Assembly: GCA_903916245.1 (NCBI GenBank)
Contig: CAIWVZ010000322.1
Span: 1 to 60,555 of the forward strand
DNA length: 60,555 nt
Reading direction: 5' to 3'
Origin: an uncultured Planctomycetota bacterium
GTDB lineage: Bacteria; Planctomycetota; GCA-002687715; CAIWVZ01
Shown here: positions 37,102-46,133 of the stretch, piece after piece
How positions within the stretch are numbered: the stretch's first letter is position 1
How the letters are laid out: every line of letters starts with the position of its first letter
The notes under the pieces: model-generated
Seen by the model: only the letters and a program-made list of their open reading frames with translations
Told to the model about the DNA's origin: nothing
Database searches by the model: none
Made by a program: the position numbers and the translations under genes

Positions 37102-37955
37102 GGTGCGGGCGTGCGAAACGGCGCGCCGAGTCCGAGCAGAATGTCGCGTGCCCGTGTCGCGACGTTGACCGCGTCGAAGGCGTGGCGGGACAGTTCGACG
37201 GAAAGAATGCCCCGGTAGCCGACGGCGTCGAGGGCGTCGAGAACGGAAGGCACGTCGAGGTGCCCCTCTCCGAAGGGAAGATGTTCGTGACGTCCCCGTC
37301 GCGTGTCTTCGATCGCCGCCGTGGCGATGTGCGGCGCGAACTTGCGGATGACGTCGCCGGGATCGCCCTCGCCGGTGGCCAAGAGGTGACCGATGTCGAG
37401 GCACAAACGGAATCGGTCGGGATCGCCGAGCGCCGTCCGCAGAGTCGCCCACTCCGCGACGGTTTCCACGAGGAATCCGGGTTCGGGTTCGAACGCGAGA
37501 TCGACTCCGGCGCGGTCCGCGTGGGTGAGCGTGTCCCCGCAGCCGTCGACGAGCCGCGCCCACGCGTCGTCGCGCGACAGGGTTTCCGGTTTCGCACCCG
37601 CCCACAAAGCGACGCAGTCGGCCCCGAGATCGCGCGCAATGCGTACCGCCACGGCGTTGAACGCGCGGCGCCGATCGCCGTCGTCCATCAACGTCGGGCG
37701 ATGTTTGCGACGCGGGTCGAGCAGGAAGCGGGCGCCCGTTTCGACGACGACCTTCATGCGTCGCCGTTCGAGGATCTCCGCGATGTTCGTGACTCGCGCG
37801 ACGACATCCGCGGCGAAGGGATCGAGATGCACCACGTCGAGAGTCAGGCTGACGGCGCCGTAGCCGAGATCCGCGAGGATCGCCACCGCATCATCGAATC
37901 GATGGTGGGCGAATCCGCTCGTCGCGTAGCCCATGGTGTAGGACGCCGCCTGCAT
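37098..37955 (-). CDS. Sugar phosphate isomerase/epimerase (xylose-isomerase-like TIM barrel)
   Basis: 285 aa. The sequences DLAFEPEPGFLV, LCLDIGHL and GILSVEL are typical AP_endonuc_2/xylose-isomerase-like barrel motifs. Confidence 0.8.
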   Translation of the reverse strand: MQAASYTMGYATSGFAHHRFDDAVAILADLGYGAVSLTLDVVHLDPFAADVVARVTNIAEILERRRMKVVVETGARFLLDPRRKHRPTLMDDGDRRRAFNAVAVRIARDLGADCVALWAGAKPETLSRDDAWARLVDGCGDTLTHADRAGVDLAFEPEPGFLVETVAEWATLRTALGDPDRFRLCLDIGHLLATGEGDPGDVIRKFAPHIATAAIEDTRRGRHEHLPFGEGHLDVPSVLDALDAVGYRGILSVELSRHAFDAVNVATRARDILLGLGAPFRTPAP

Positions 37956-37958
37956 GGT

Positions 37959-38834
37959 CTATTTCACGTCGCCGAGGATGATCGGGAGCCCGCCCATGCC
38001 GGGATTTCCGATCACGATGACCTTCGTATTCGGGGAAGCCGCGAGTTTCTCGGTGACTTCGAGCCCTTTCCAGCGAAGGAGGTCCGGCGTGAGGCCCGCG
38101 GTGATGACCTTCTGCGAATCGGCGATACCCTTCGCTTCGATCACGCGACGCTCGGCTTCCTTCTGCGCTTGGACGAGTTGGAATTCCATCGCTTGGGCTT
38201 CCTGATCGGCGCGCAACTTCGAGACGATCGCCGCCTGCAGTTCGGGCGGCAGTTCGACTTTGCGCAGCGGCGTGGATTCGATGACGATGCCGCGACCCGC
38301 CAAGGCCGCCTGAAGATCGGCCTTCAGTCGGTCGGCGAGCAATTCGCGCTCGCTCGTGTAGAGAGCCTTCGCATCGTAGGAGGCCGTCACGCCGCGGGCG
38401 GAGGAGCGGAAGAGCGGCTCGAGAAGCACTTGGGCGTAGTTGCGGCCGACCGTCTTGTAGACGTCCGGCGCCTTCGAGGCGTCGAGGTGGAAGATCACCG
38501 ACGCTTCGAGTCCTACCTTCAAGCCTTCCTTGGAAGGAACGTCGAGTTCTTCCTTCAGCTCCTGCGTCTTGACGGAGAGCATCTCGACGTTGGCGAAGGG
38601 ATCGATGAAGTGGATGCCGGAAAGCAGCGGTTCGGGCGAGACGGTCCCGAATCGGTTGACAACACCGACGTTGCCCGCGTCCACGATCACGCTGCATCGA
38701 ATCAGCGCGACGAGTACCAACAGCATGACGAAGAGACCCGACACGGTCGAGCCGTGGCGGTTGCCCGCGTTCTTCATCATGACGCCCGCGACGATTCCGA
38801 CGACGGCCAAGAGGGTGATGACGATGAAGCCCAT
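37959..38834 (-). CDS. SPFH/band-7 (prohibitin-like) membrane-anchored protein
   Basis: 291 aa. It has an N-terminal TM region. The SPFH core reads VDAGNVGVVNRFG...GIHFIDPF...DVPSKEGLKVGLEASVIFH. The coiled-coil region reads ADQEAQAMEFQLVQAQKEAERRVIEAKGIADSQ. Confidence 0.85.
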   Translation of the reverse strand: MGFIVITLLAVVGIVAGVMMKNAGNRHGSTVSGLFVMLLVLVALIRCSVIVDAGNVGVVNRFGTVSPEPLLSGIHFIDPFANVEMLSVKTQELKEELDVPSKEGLKVGLEASVIFHLDASKAPDVYKTVGRNYAQVLLEPLFRSSARGVTASYDAKALYTSERELLADRLKADLQAALAGRGIVIESTPLRKVELPPELQAAIVSKLRADQEAQAMEFQLVQAQKEAERRVIEAKGIADSQKVITAGLTPDLLRWKGLEVTEKLAASPNTKVIVIGNPGMGGLPIILGDVK

Positions 38835-38886
38835 GAGGACGTCTCCTTTTCGCCCGTCACGCTACGATTTCCCGCGAGACATCGCC

Positions 38887-40413
38887 ATGCGCCCATCGAA
38901 TCACCGGGACCCCGTCGTATTGCCGCCCGCCCGTCTTCAGGGCCTCGACGGTCACTGGATCGTGCGCATCGCCGACGGTCGCATCGCCGGCGTGATGCCC
39001 ACGTTTCTGAACGCCGCCACGCCCGAGCGTCGCTTGGTTCCGATGTTCGCCGACGGACATATGCATCTCGGCCTATGGGCCACGTTCCTCGCGTCGGTCG
39101 ATTTGCGGGGGGCCGAGTCGCCCGAGATATGCGCCCGGCGCGTGACGACCGCCACGCGGCGTCACGAAGAGGGTCGGTGGATCCTCGGGCGGGGCTTCGA
39201 CGTCAATCGGTTTCCCGTGGGCGCGTCGTTCGACGCCGATCTTCTCGAGGCGGCGTCCCCGAAGCACCCGGTTTATCTCGCGGCCCACGACGAACACGCG
39301 GCGTGGGTGAATCGCCGCGCGTTGGCGGCCGCGGGTATTGATCGCTCGACGCCCGACCCTTACGGCGGACGCATCGTGCGCGACGCGCGGGGCGAGGCGA
39401 CGGGATACCTGATCGAAAATGCGACGGCACTCGTGAAACGCGTGCTGCCGCAGCGCACGCTCGAAATGTGGAAGGACGATCTGTTGTTGGCCCAGCAGGA
39501 CCTTCTGGCGCGCGGTGTCTTGGTCGTGCAGGACGTCGACCCCGATACCGAGGAGGGGCTGCGCGCCCTCGACGACGAGGGGAAGTTGCGCCTGCACGTG
39601 GCGACGGCGATCCCGTCGAAAGATCTGCGGCGGGCGATCCGCGACGGGCGCCGCACGGGGGAAGGGTCGTCCCATCTCCGTCTCGGTGGAGTGAAGTGGT
39701 TCGTCGACGGGAGTCTCGGCTCACGCACCGCCGCGATGAAGGCTCCGTGGTCCGACCGCCCGGGTGATACGGGCACATGGCTGATTCCCGAGAGTCGCCT
39801 CCTCGAAGAATTGGAATTGGCGCATGCGGCGGGGCTTCGCCCGTTGATCCACGCGATCGGCGATGCGGCGGTGGAGCGCGTTCTTCGATGTCTCGAAAAG
39901 ACGGGGCCTTGGCCCGCGGATTTGCGACCGCGCGTGGAACACGCGCAGACGGTCGCGGACGAGGACGTCGATCTCTTCGTACGTTCGGGAGCGACCGCGT
40001 CGATGCAGCCGTGCCATTTGGCGACGGATCACGCGATCGCCGCGAAGGCGCTCGGCGATCGGACGCACCGCCTCTTCCGATGCCGCACGCTCTCCGATCG
40101 GGGCGTGCCGCTTCTTCTGGGGACGGACGCACCCGTCGAGCCCCCGGACCCGCTCGTCGCTCTCCACTTCGCCGTGCATCGTCGCCATCCCGCGACGCCC
40201 GAGACTCCCGCGTTTCACCCCGAAGAGGGTCTGTCCGAAGACGCGGCCCTGCACGCGATGACCCGTTCCGCCGCGACGGAGATCGGATTCCCCGAGGCGC
40301 TGCCCGCATTCAAGGAAGGTGCGCCCGCCCGTTGTCTGCTTCTCGAGCGCCCTCACCCGTCGGCGCCGTGGACGATCGCGTGGAGTCCGGACCCTACGCG
40401 TGACGCTCTTTGA
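38887..40413 (+). CDS. Amidohydrolase-family (Amidohydro_3/YtcJ-like) metal-dependent hydrolase
   Basis: ORF 38530..40413, whose upstream part is antisense to the SPFH gene. I chose ATG 38887. Motifs: FADGHMHLG (HxH), LAAHDEHAAWVN, GGVKWFVDGSLGSRTA, LIHAIGD, VEHAQ, LLLGTDAPVE. Confidence 0.8.
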   Translation: MRPSNHRDPVVLPPARLQGLDGHWIVRIADGRIAGVMPTFLNAATPERRLVPMFADGHMHLGLWATFLASVDLRGAESPEICARRVTTATRRHEEGRWILGRGFDVNRFPVGASFDADLLEAASPKHPVYLAAHDEHAAWVNRRALAAAGIDRSTPDPYGGRIVRDARGEATGYLIENATALVKRVLPQRTLEMWKDDLLLAQQDLLARGVLVVQDVDPDTEEGLRALDDEGKLRLHVATAIPSKDLRRAIRDGRRTGEGSSHLRLGGVKWFVDGSLGSRTAAMKAPWSDRPGDTGTWLIPESRLLEELELAHAAGLRPLIHAIGDAAVERVLRCLEKTGPWPADLRPRVEHAQTVADEDVDLFVRSGATASMQPCHLATDHAIAAKALGDRTHRLFRCRTLSDRGVPLLLGTDAPVEPPDPLVALHFAVHRRHPATPETPAFHPEEGLSEDAALHAMTRSAATEIGFPEALPAFKEGAPARCLLLERPHPSAPWTIAWSPDPTRDAL

Positions 40414-41344
40414 CGCCGAGGATCTTCTCCGTCCATGTGACGAGATCGGTCGAGAAGTTCGAGTCGGTGCTGCGGATGTGGGGAGCGAGGTTCTCGAGGA
40501 TCGACTTGAAGACCCCCTTCTTGCGAATCTCGGCGAGCTGTGCCGCGTAATCGTCGATCGTCGGCTGCGAGAAGTGTTTGTGGACCGCCTTCAAGCTCGC
40601 CGAGGCCGCGACGCCGCTTCCGGTGAACAGCGTTCCCGCCTTTTCCGCCGACGAGGTCGCGATCGACGTCAACACTTCGAGCACCGGACGTTTCGTCTGA
40701 TGCGCGAGATCGAGGACGTCCTGCGCCATCTTGTCGAATTGAGCGACGTCGCCGACCGCGGACTTGCCCGTCGTCGTCAGTTCTTCGCTGATCGTCTGCA
40801 CCTGCTGCTTCAGGTCCTTCGCGTCGATCGGAGGAAGATCGACCACGCCGCTCGCCTTTTCGCTGATCGTCGCCACCGCACCGAAGAGTTCGTCGACCTT
40901 GTCGAGCCGGTCGCCTTCCTTCAGCACACCCGCCTTCTTGAGTTCTTCGTTGACCTCGTTGACGAGCACCTTCGCGCCGTTCGCCACGTCGCTCGCCGCG
41001 AAGAGAATCCACAAGGGTGACGCGTGAAGGGTGAGGAGGAAGAGATTGTCGACCGCACTTGAGATTCCGAGGCGGAGCGCGGTCTTCTGGTCGAGTTGCT
41101 GCTGCTTCGGGAAGCGGCCCGCGTTCCCCAAGTCATCGCACAGAATGCGGATCCATCGCATGGCGATGACCCGGTAGATCCGTGTTTCGCGAAGCGGCCG
41201 CGGTAGGAGGCGTGCCGCGAAGAGGAGCACCATGCCGACGAATCCGGCCACGGTGCGGAGCAGTCGTTCGGGAAGGGACAGCGCGAAAGCGATGCCGACC
41301 CATAGACGGCGAAGGGTGGAGGGCTCAGTCCGAATCGTCGTCAT
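40394..41344 (-). CDS. Hypothetical protein (N-terminal hydrophobic region, long helical C-terminal part)
   Basis: 316 aa with host-like codon usage. The start overlaps the end of def by 20 nt. I recognised no motif. Confidence 0.5.
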   Translation of the reverse strand: MTTIRTEPSTLRRLWVGIAFALSLPERLLRTVAGFVGMVLLFAARLLPRPLRETRIYRVIAMRWIRILCDDLGNAGRFPKQQQLDQKTALRLGISSAVDNLFLLTLHASPLWILFAASDVANGAKVLVNEVNEELKKAGVLKEGDRLDKVDELFGAVATISEKASGVVDLPPIDAKDLKQQVQTISEELTTTGKSAVGDVAQFDKMAQDVLDLAHQTKRPVLEVLTSIATSSAEKAGTLFTGSGVAASASLKAVHKHFSQPTIDDYAAQLAEIRKKGVFKSILENLAPHIRSTDSNFSTDLVTWTEKILGVKERHA

Positions 41345-41864
41345 ACCCCTGCTCGCGCAGGAATTCCTTGAGGAACGACAGCGACTTCACGCTCGTCAAA
41401 CGATCGACGTAGAGAATGCCGTCGAGGTGGTCGCATTCGTGCTGAACCACTGCGGCTTGGAAACCTTGAACCGTTTCGTCGATCGGCTTGCCGTCGCGAT
41501 CGAAGCCTTGGATGCGAACTTTCGAGAAGCGGGTCACTTCGCCGCGGAGATCGGGCAGCGAGAGGCAGCCTTCGTAATGCACCAACGTCTTGTCGGTCAT
41601 CGGCGTGACCACCGGATTGAAGACGGGCAGCAGACCGTGCGTGTCGGATTTGCGCTTGCGGTTCGCCCATTCCATGACGACGAGGCGGCGCGTGACGTGG
41701 ACTTGAGGTGCCGCGAGACCGGCTCCGTCGTATTCCAAAGCGGTTTCGATCATGTCGTCGACGAGGCGCTGAGCCTCGGCACCGAGCATCTCTTCGGAGG
41801 AGTAGGGAGTGCACACCTGCCGGAGGCAGGGGTTCCCCATGCGGGCGACCTTCAGAATAGCCAT
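41325..41864 (-). CDS. def: Peptide deformylase
   Basis: 179 aa. All three signature motifs are present: GAGLAAPQV, EGCLSLP, HECDHLDG. Confidence 0.92.
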   Translation of the reverse strand: MAILKVARMGNPCLRQVCTPYSSEEMLGAEAQRLVDDMIETALEYDGAGLAAPQVHVTRRLVVMEWANRKRKSDTHGLLPVFNPVVTPMTDKTLVHYEGCLSLPDLRGEVTRFSKVRIQGFDRDGKPIDETVQGFQAAVVQHECDHLDGILYVDRLTSVKSLSFLKEFLREQGYDDDSD

Positions 41865-41888
41865 GGGACGAATCCGTTCGAGGACATG

Positions 41889-42941
41889 TTACGCACGAGG
41901 AGCGAGCGCCTTGGTCAAAGACTCCCACGCCTGAAATTGGTACGCGAGATTCCACGGTTCGTGGAAGGCGAGGCGTTCGGCGACGGCACGGAACGGGTTG
42001 ACGACGAGTCCCGTGCCCCCGACGTTGCGGATGAGCAACCCTTCGTCGGGGAGATTGACCCATTCGCCGCCGAGGAGACGGATGATCGTGCGGCCGAGGT
42101 AGGCGCCGGCCCCATGGGCCCAGGCTTCGAGTTCGGGGTTTTCGAGCGGCGACGGAGCCTCGCTCTCCTTGCCCAAGGCGCGCAGCACGTCGTCGTCGAC
42201 CATCCGTTCGACGGCTTGATCGTCGACGAGAAGTTCGAGGTCGTCCACGCTGGCGCGCGAGTAGTCGAGGCGGTTGCCGTAGGTACCGAACTCGCGCACG
42301 AAGTCGTCCGCCAACGTCTCGACGAGTGCGCGGCCTTCGTCGTCGATCGCGGCCCATTCTCCCTCGGGAGGGCCGGCGGGCGTCTCGAAGGGGAAGTCGC
42401 CGATCTCGAACGCGGTGCCGGGCGCGCGCGTGGGGTCGTCGACGCGACGTCGCAACTCTTCCCACGCCTCGACGAAAGTGTGATCGAGGGCGTCGTCGTT
42501 GCGCGTGGTGAACCAGCCGGACTCGTCGTCCACGACGAGCGACGGGAACACGGATTTCTTCACGTCCGCCAAGAACTCGCAGACTTCCTTGTGTACCGCG
42601 GGGCCGGCGAAGTGGGTCTTCACCAACGCCATGGGGTAAAGGGTCGGGGCGGTACCGTCACCGTCTTCGACGTAGCCGTCGACGAGGGTGCCGTCCGGCA
42701 GAAAGATGAACGGGACACCCTCGCACGCGAAATGGGGGACGAGTGCGACGCCTTTGACCTCCGTCGCTTCGAGACGGGAGGTGCCTCCCTCCTTGGTGCG
42801 GAGGGTCGCGTGCGCGTACTTCTGATGGACCTCTTCGACGGTCCAACCGAGGTCCTCGGCGAGGCGACGGGCCTCGGCGAGGATGCGGCCGACGGCGTGC
42901 GGCGACGGTGCGGTACCGGAGATGGAAAGAGCGACGGTCAT
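41889..42941 (-). CDS. Hypothetical acidic cytoplasmic protein
   Basis: 350 aa with host-like codon usage. It ends 24 nt upstream of the def start on the same strand. I recognised no motif. Confidence 0.5.
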   Translation of the reverse strand: MTVALSISGTAPSPHAVGRILAEARRLAEDLGWTVEEVHQKYAHATLRTKEGGTSRLEATEVKGVALVPHFACEGVPFIFLPDGTLVDGYVEDGDGTAPTLYPMALVKTHFAGPAVHKEVCEFLADVKKSVFPSLVVDDESGWFTTRNDDALDHTFVEAWEELRRRVDDPTRAPGTAFEIGDFPFETPAGPPEGEWAAIDDEGRALVETLADDFVREFGTYGNRLDYSRASVDDLELLVDDQAVERMVDDDVLRALGKESEAPSPLENPELEAWAHGAGAYLGRTIIRLLGGEWVNLPDEGLLIRNVGGTGLVVNPFRAVAERLAFHEPWNLAYQFQAWESLTKALAPRA

Positions 42942-43010
42942 GGGCGGGAGGATCCTAGCGCACCGGAACGTGGCTTCTCGTCTTCACGGCGAATCTGTTA
43001 GGAAGACGGC

Positions 43011-44087
43011 GTGAGCCGATTCCCGATCGTCCTTCTGCTCGTCGTGTGGCCGTTGATCGCGGACGGCGTTCGCGTGCGTCGCAACGGCGTCGTCGAGGAG
43101 ATCCGCAACGTCAAAGTGCTTTCCGACGATTGGCGGGGTGTGCGCGTGCAGGACGGTCCCGCGGTGCGGGTATTCGCGGCCGAAGACGTCGTCGACGTCG
43201 TCTACACGTTGTCGCATCCGTTGTGGACGGCCGCGACGACGTTCGTTCGCGAGGGTCGGATCGAGGAGGCGGAAGCCGCGTTGCGGGAAATCGCGGAGGC
43301 CGATCCCGCGAAGTGGCCGTGGGCGGCGGACGCCGCATGGCACCGACTTGCGTTGATCGCGGAAGCCGGACGGCGTCCGATCGACGCGGAACGTGCGTGG
43401 CGTACGCTCGTCGAGAAAGCTTCCGAGGGTCGTCACGTCGTCGACGCGTGGCGCCGCTTGGTGGTCGTGGCCGTGGCCCGTCAAAAGCCCGCGGACGTCG
43501 AGCGCGTGGCGACGGCACTGGCCGCGCTCGCCGCCAAAGGTGGTGCCGAGGCCGCACCCTTGGCGTTCGAAGCCGCCGCATGGAACGTCCGCGCCGGGAC
43601 GATGGGCCGCGTGCCCGCGGCGTTCGCGGCCGCCGAGGCGCTCGTCCCGCCGACTCCGACGGCGAAGGCGCGGGCCCGGCTCGAGCGTGCGTTGGCCCGC
43701 GACGTGTCCCCGGCCGTGACCGTGGAACTCCGTGGGGTCGCGACGGACGCCGCCGCCTCGGATCTCGACGTCGCCACCGCGCGCGTCGCCCTCGCACGAC
43801 GCGCGTTCGACGAACGTCGCGACGAAGACGTGGTCGCCGAATGTGGGTGGCTGTTTTCCGCACCCGTACTACCCATCGAGTTGCAGCCCTTGCTGTCCGA
43901 AGCTCTCGTGCTCGCGGGCAAGGCGTCCCGGCGACTCGTGGACGCGAATATCGACCCCGAGAAGCGGCGTTTGTGGTGGGATCGGGCGATAGACTTCCAC
44001 CGTCGCGCCGCCGACATCGCGTGGGACGTGCCCGCCGTCGACGAAGCGCGGAGACTTCACAAGGAACTCACGGCACCCGTTCGATGA
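43011..44087 (+). CDS. Hypothetical secreted/anchored Ala-rich helical (TPR-like?) protein
   Basis: 358 aa with a GTG start. The N-terminal hydrophobic segment is RFPIVLLLVVWPLIA. The stop overlaps the plsC start (ATGA). Confidence 0.5.
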   Translation: MSRFPIVLLLVVWPLIADGVRVRRNGVVEEIRNVKVLSDDWRGVRVQDGPAVRVFAAEDVVDVVYTLSHPLWTAATTFVREGRIEEAEAALREIAEADPAKWPWAADAAWHRLALIAEAGRRPIDAERAWRTLVEKASEGRHVVDAWRRLVVVAVARQKPADVERVATALAALAAKGGAEAAPLAFEAAAWNVRAGTMGRVPAAFAAAEALVPPTPTAKARARLERALARDVSPAVTVELRGVATDAAASDLDVATARVALARRAFDERRDEDVVAECGWLFSAPVLPIELQPLLSEALVLAGKASRRLVDANIDPEKRRLWWDRAIDFHRRAADIAWDVPAVDEARRLHKELTAPVR

Positions 44088-44788
44088 CCGACGTCGCGCT
44101 TTCGGCTTCCCCTCCGCCTCCCGACGCTCCGGCGGTCATCCCGATGCCTCCTCGCATCTTCGATCCCGACGCGCGAAGTTCGGCCGTGCTTCGGAAGATC
44201 GTTCGGTTCACGATCAACACGTTGATTCGCCCGTGGGTCGGTCCGGCCGTCGAGAACGCTCCGGATTGGGAGCGACTCGGACCCTGCATCGTCGCCCCGA
44301 ATCACACCTCGTTCGCCGACCCGATACTCGTGCAATCGGTCATCCCCGTGGATGTTCGTTTTCTCATGACGGAGACCATTTATCGCGTGCCTCTCATGCG
44401 ATGGTTCTTCGACTTGTGGGGGGCGATTCCGGTGCCGGACGGCGCGGCGTTGAAGATCGACGCCATGAAGGCCGCGCTTTCCGCGATGCGATCGGGGAAG
44501 CCCGTCGGGATTTTTCCCGAGGGAGCGATCGCGCGCGACGGGGTGATGCAGCCCGGTCAGCCCGGAGTGGTGGCGCTCATGTTGAAGGGGCGGGTGCCGG
44601 TGATTCCGGTGGCGGTGATCGGTGCGTATCGGTTGCTGCCGCACCGGGCGAACTTTCCGCGGGCGTCATGGATCCGCGTGCGCTTCGGGACGCCGATCAT
44701 TCCGCCGGAGAAACTCGACCGCGACGGTCTCCGTGACTTCGCCGCCTACATCATGGCGGAGATCGACCGTCTTTCGAAAGAGCCGTGA
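44084..44788 (+). CDS. plsC: 1-acyl-sn-glycerol-3-phosphate acyltransferase
   Basis: This is the last 234 codons of track ORF 43046..44788. Acyltransferase blocks: APNHTSFADP (HX4D), IFPEGA, PVIPVAV. Confidence 0.85.
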   Translation: MTDVALSASPPPPDAPAVIPMPPRIFDPDARSSAVLRKIVRFTINTLIRPWVGPAVENAPDWERLGPCIVAPNHTSFADPILVQSVIPVDVRFLMTETIYRVPLMRWFFDLWGAIPVPDGAALKIDAMKAALSAMRSGKPVGIFPEGAIARDGVMQPGQPGVVALMLKGRVPVIPVAVIGAYRLLPHRANFPRASWIRVRFGTPIIPPEKLDRDGLRDFAAYIMAEIDRLSKEP

Positions 44789-44804
44789 CCGCGCGCCGCC
44801 CGCT

Positions 44805-46010
44805 TCAGCCGAGCTTCGAGAAGAAGTTGCCGACCCGATCGAGTCCCTTGCCGATGTTCTCGTAGGAGCACGTGTAGGCGAAGCGTAGATTCGTCGGAGC
44901 TCCGAAGGAGTCACCGGGAATCGTGGCGACGAGATCTTCTTCGAGAAGAAGTTGGGCGACGTCGGCCGCCGATCGCAGCAGCCGGCCGTTGTGCGTCTTG
45001 CCGAGATGGGCGCTGATATCGGGCAGGGCGTAGAACGCGCCCTTCGGCTCCGGGCATTTCACGCCGGGCATGGCGTTCAGGCGCGCGTGCATCAATCGGC
45101 GACGACGGTCGTATTCCGCGATCATCGTCGGGTCGGGGAGACCGCCGTCTTCGAGCGCCGCCATCGACGCGATCTGGGTGATCGCGCTGGCGTGGCTCGT
45201 CGCCTGCGATTGGAAACGCCCCATCGCGGCGATGACTTCCTTGGGGCCACCCGCATATCCGGCGCGCCACCCCGTCATGCAGTGGCTCTTCGAAAGCCCG
45301 TTGATGACGACGACACGATCGGCGAGATCCGGCGCCACATGGAGCAGGCTTACGTACTTGGCGTCCGCGTAGACCAAGTGTTCGTAGATGTCGTCGCAGA
45401 TGACGACGAGATTCGCGTCGCGCACGACCTGCGCGACCTTCTCCATCGAAGCGCGGGAATAGACCGCACCCGTCGGATTGTTCGGGCTGTTGATGATGAG
45501 GCAGCGGCTGCGCGGCGTCAGGGCGCGACGCAGGGCGTCGGCGTCGATTTCATAGCCGTCTTCGATGCGCGTGGGGAACGGGACCGGCACGCCTTCGACC
45601 GCCCGCACCATGTCCGGATACGAGTTCCAATACGGGGACGCGAACAGCACTTCGTCGCCCGGATCGCAGAACGCATAGAGGGCGTTGTAGAGAGCATGCT
45701 TCGCACCGCTCGAGACGATCACGTTCTCGGCGGTATACGGAAACCCGTTCGCGGCCAGCTTCTTCGCGACGAGCTTGCGCAGGTCCATGAGACCCATCGC
45801 GGCGGTGTAGCGGCCGCGGCCTTCGTTGATCGCCTTGATGCCCGCGGCCTTCACGTGGGGCGGCGCGTCGAAGTCCGGTTCGCCCGCGGCGAAGGCGACG
45901 ACGTCCTTGCCCGCCGCCTTGAGTTCGGCGGCCTTCGAGGAGATCTCGAGAGTCAGCGAGTTGCCGACCAATCCGATGCGTCGGCTCGTGAGGGGGCGGG
46001 GGTGGGACAC
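44805..46010 (-). CDS. Class I/II PLP-dependent aminotransferase (aspartate aminotransferase-like)
   Basis: 401 aa. Motifs: GEPDFDAP, INSPNNPTGAVY, GLSKSHCMTGWRAGY (PLP-Lys), NLRFAY. Confidence 0.9.
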   Translation of the reverse strand: MSHPRPLTSRRIGLVGNSLTLEISSKAAELKAAGKDVVAFAAGEPDFDAPPHVKAAGIKAINEGRGRYTAAMGLMDLRKLVAKKLAANGFPYTAENVIVSSGAKHALYNALYAFCDPGDEVLFASPYWNSYPDMVRAVEGVPVPFPTRIEDGYEIDADALRRALTPRSRCLIINSPNNPTGAVYSRASMEKVAQVVRDANLVVICDDIYEHLVYADAKYVSLLHVAPDLADRVVVINGLSKSHCMTGWRAGYAGGPKEVIAAMGRFQSQATSHASAITQIASMAALEDGGLPDPTMIAEYDRRRRLMHARLNAMPGVKCPEPKGAFYALPDISAHLGKTHNGRLLRSAADVAQLLLEEDLVATIPGDSFGAPTNLRFAYTCSYENIGKGLDRVGNFFSKLG

Positions 46011-46133
46011 GGACGGCTCCTGACGGATCGAAATCCGCTTGGGACGGTATCACCCCCGGGAAGGCGGCGCTACGGGATCCGTAGAGTCGTTGTTCCCGGC
46101 GGTTGAGATAAGATCCCGTCCCGGAACGCCGAT

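Noticed and set aside
36179-39341. ORFs 36179..37639(-) and 37182..39341(+, 719 aa).
   Set aside because: They are off-frame or antisense to the WecA-like, isomerase and SPFH genes. They are Arg/Asp-rich with no motifs.
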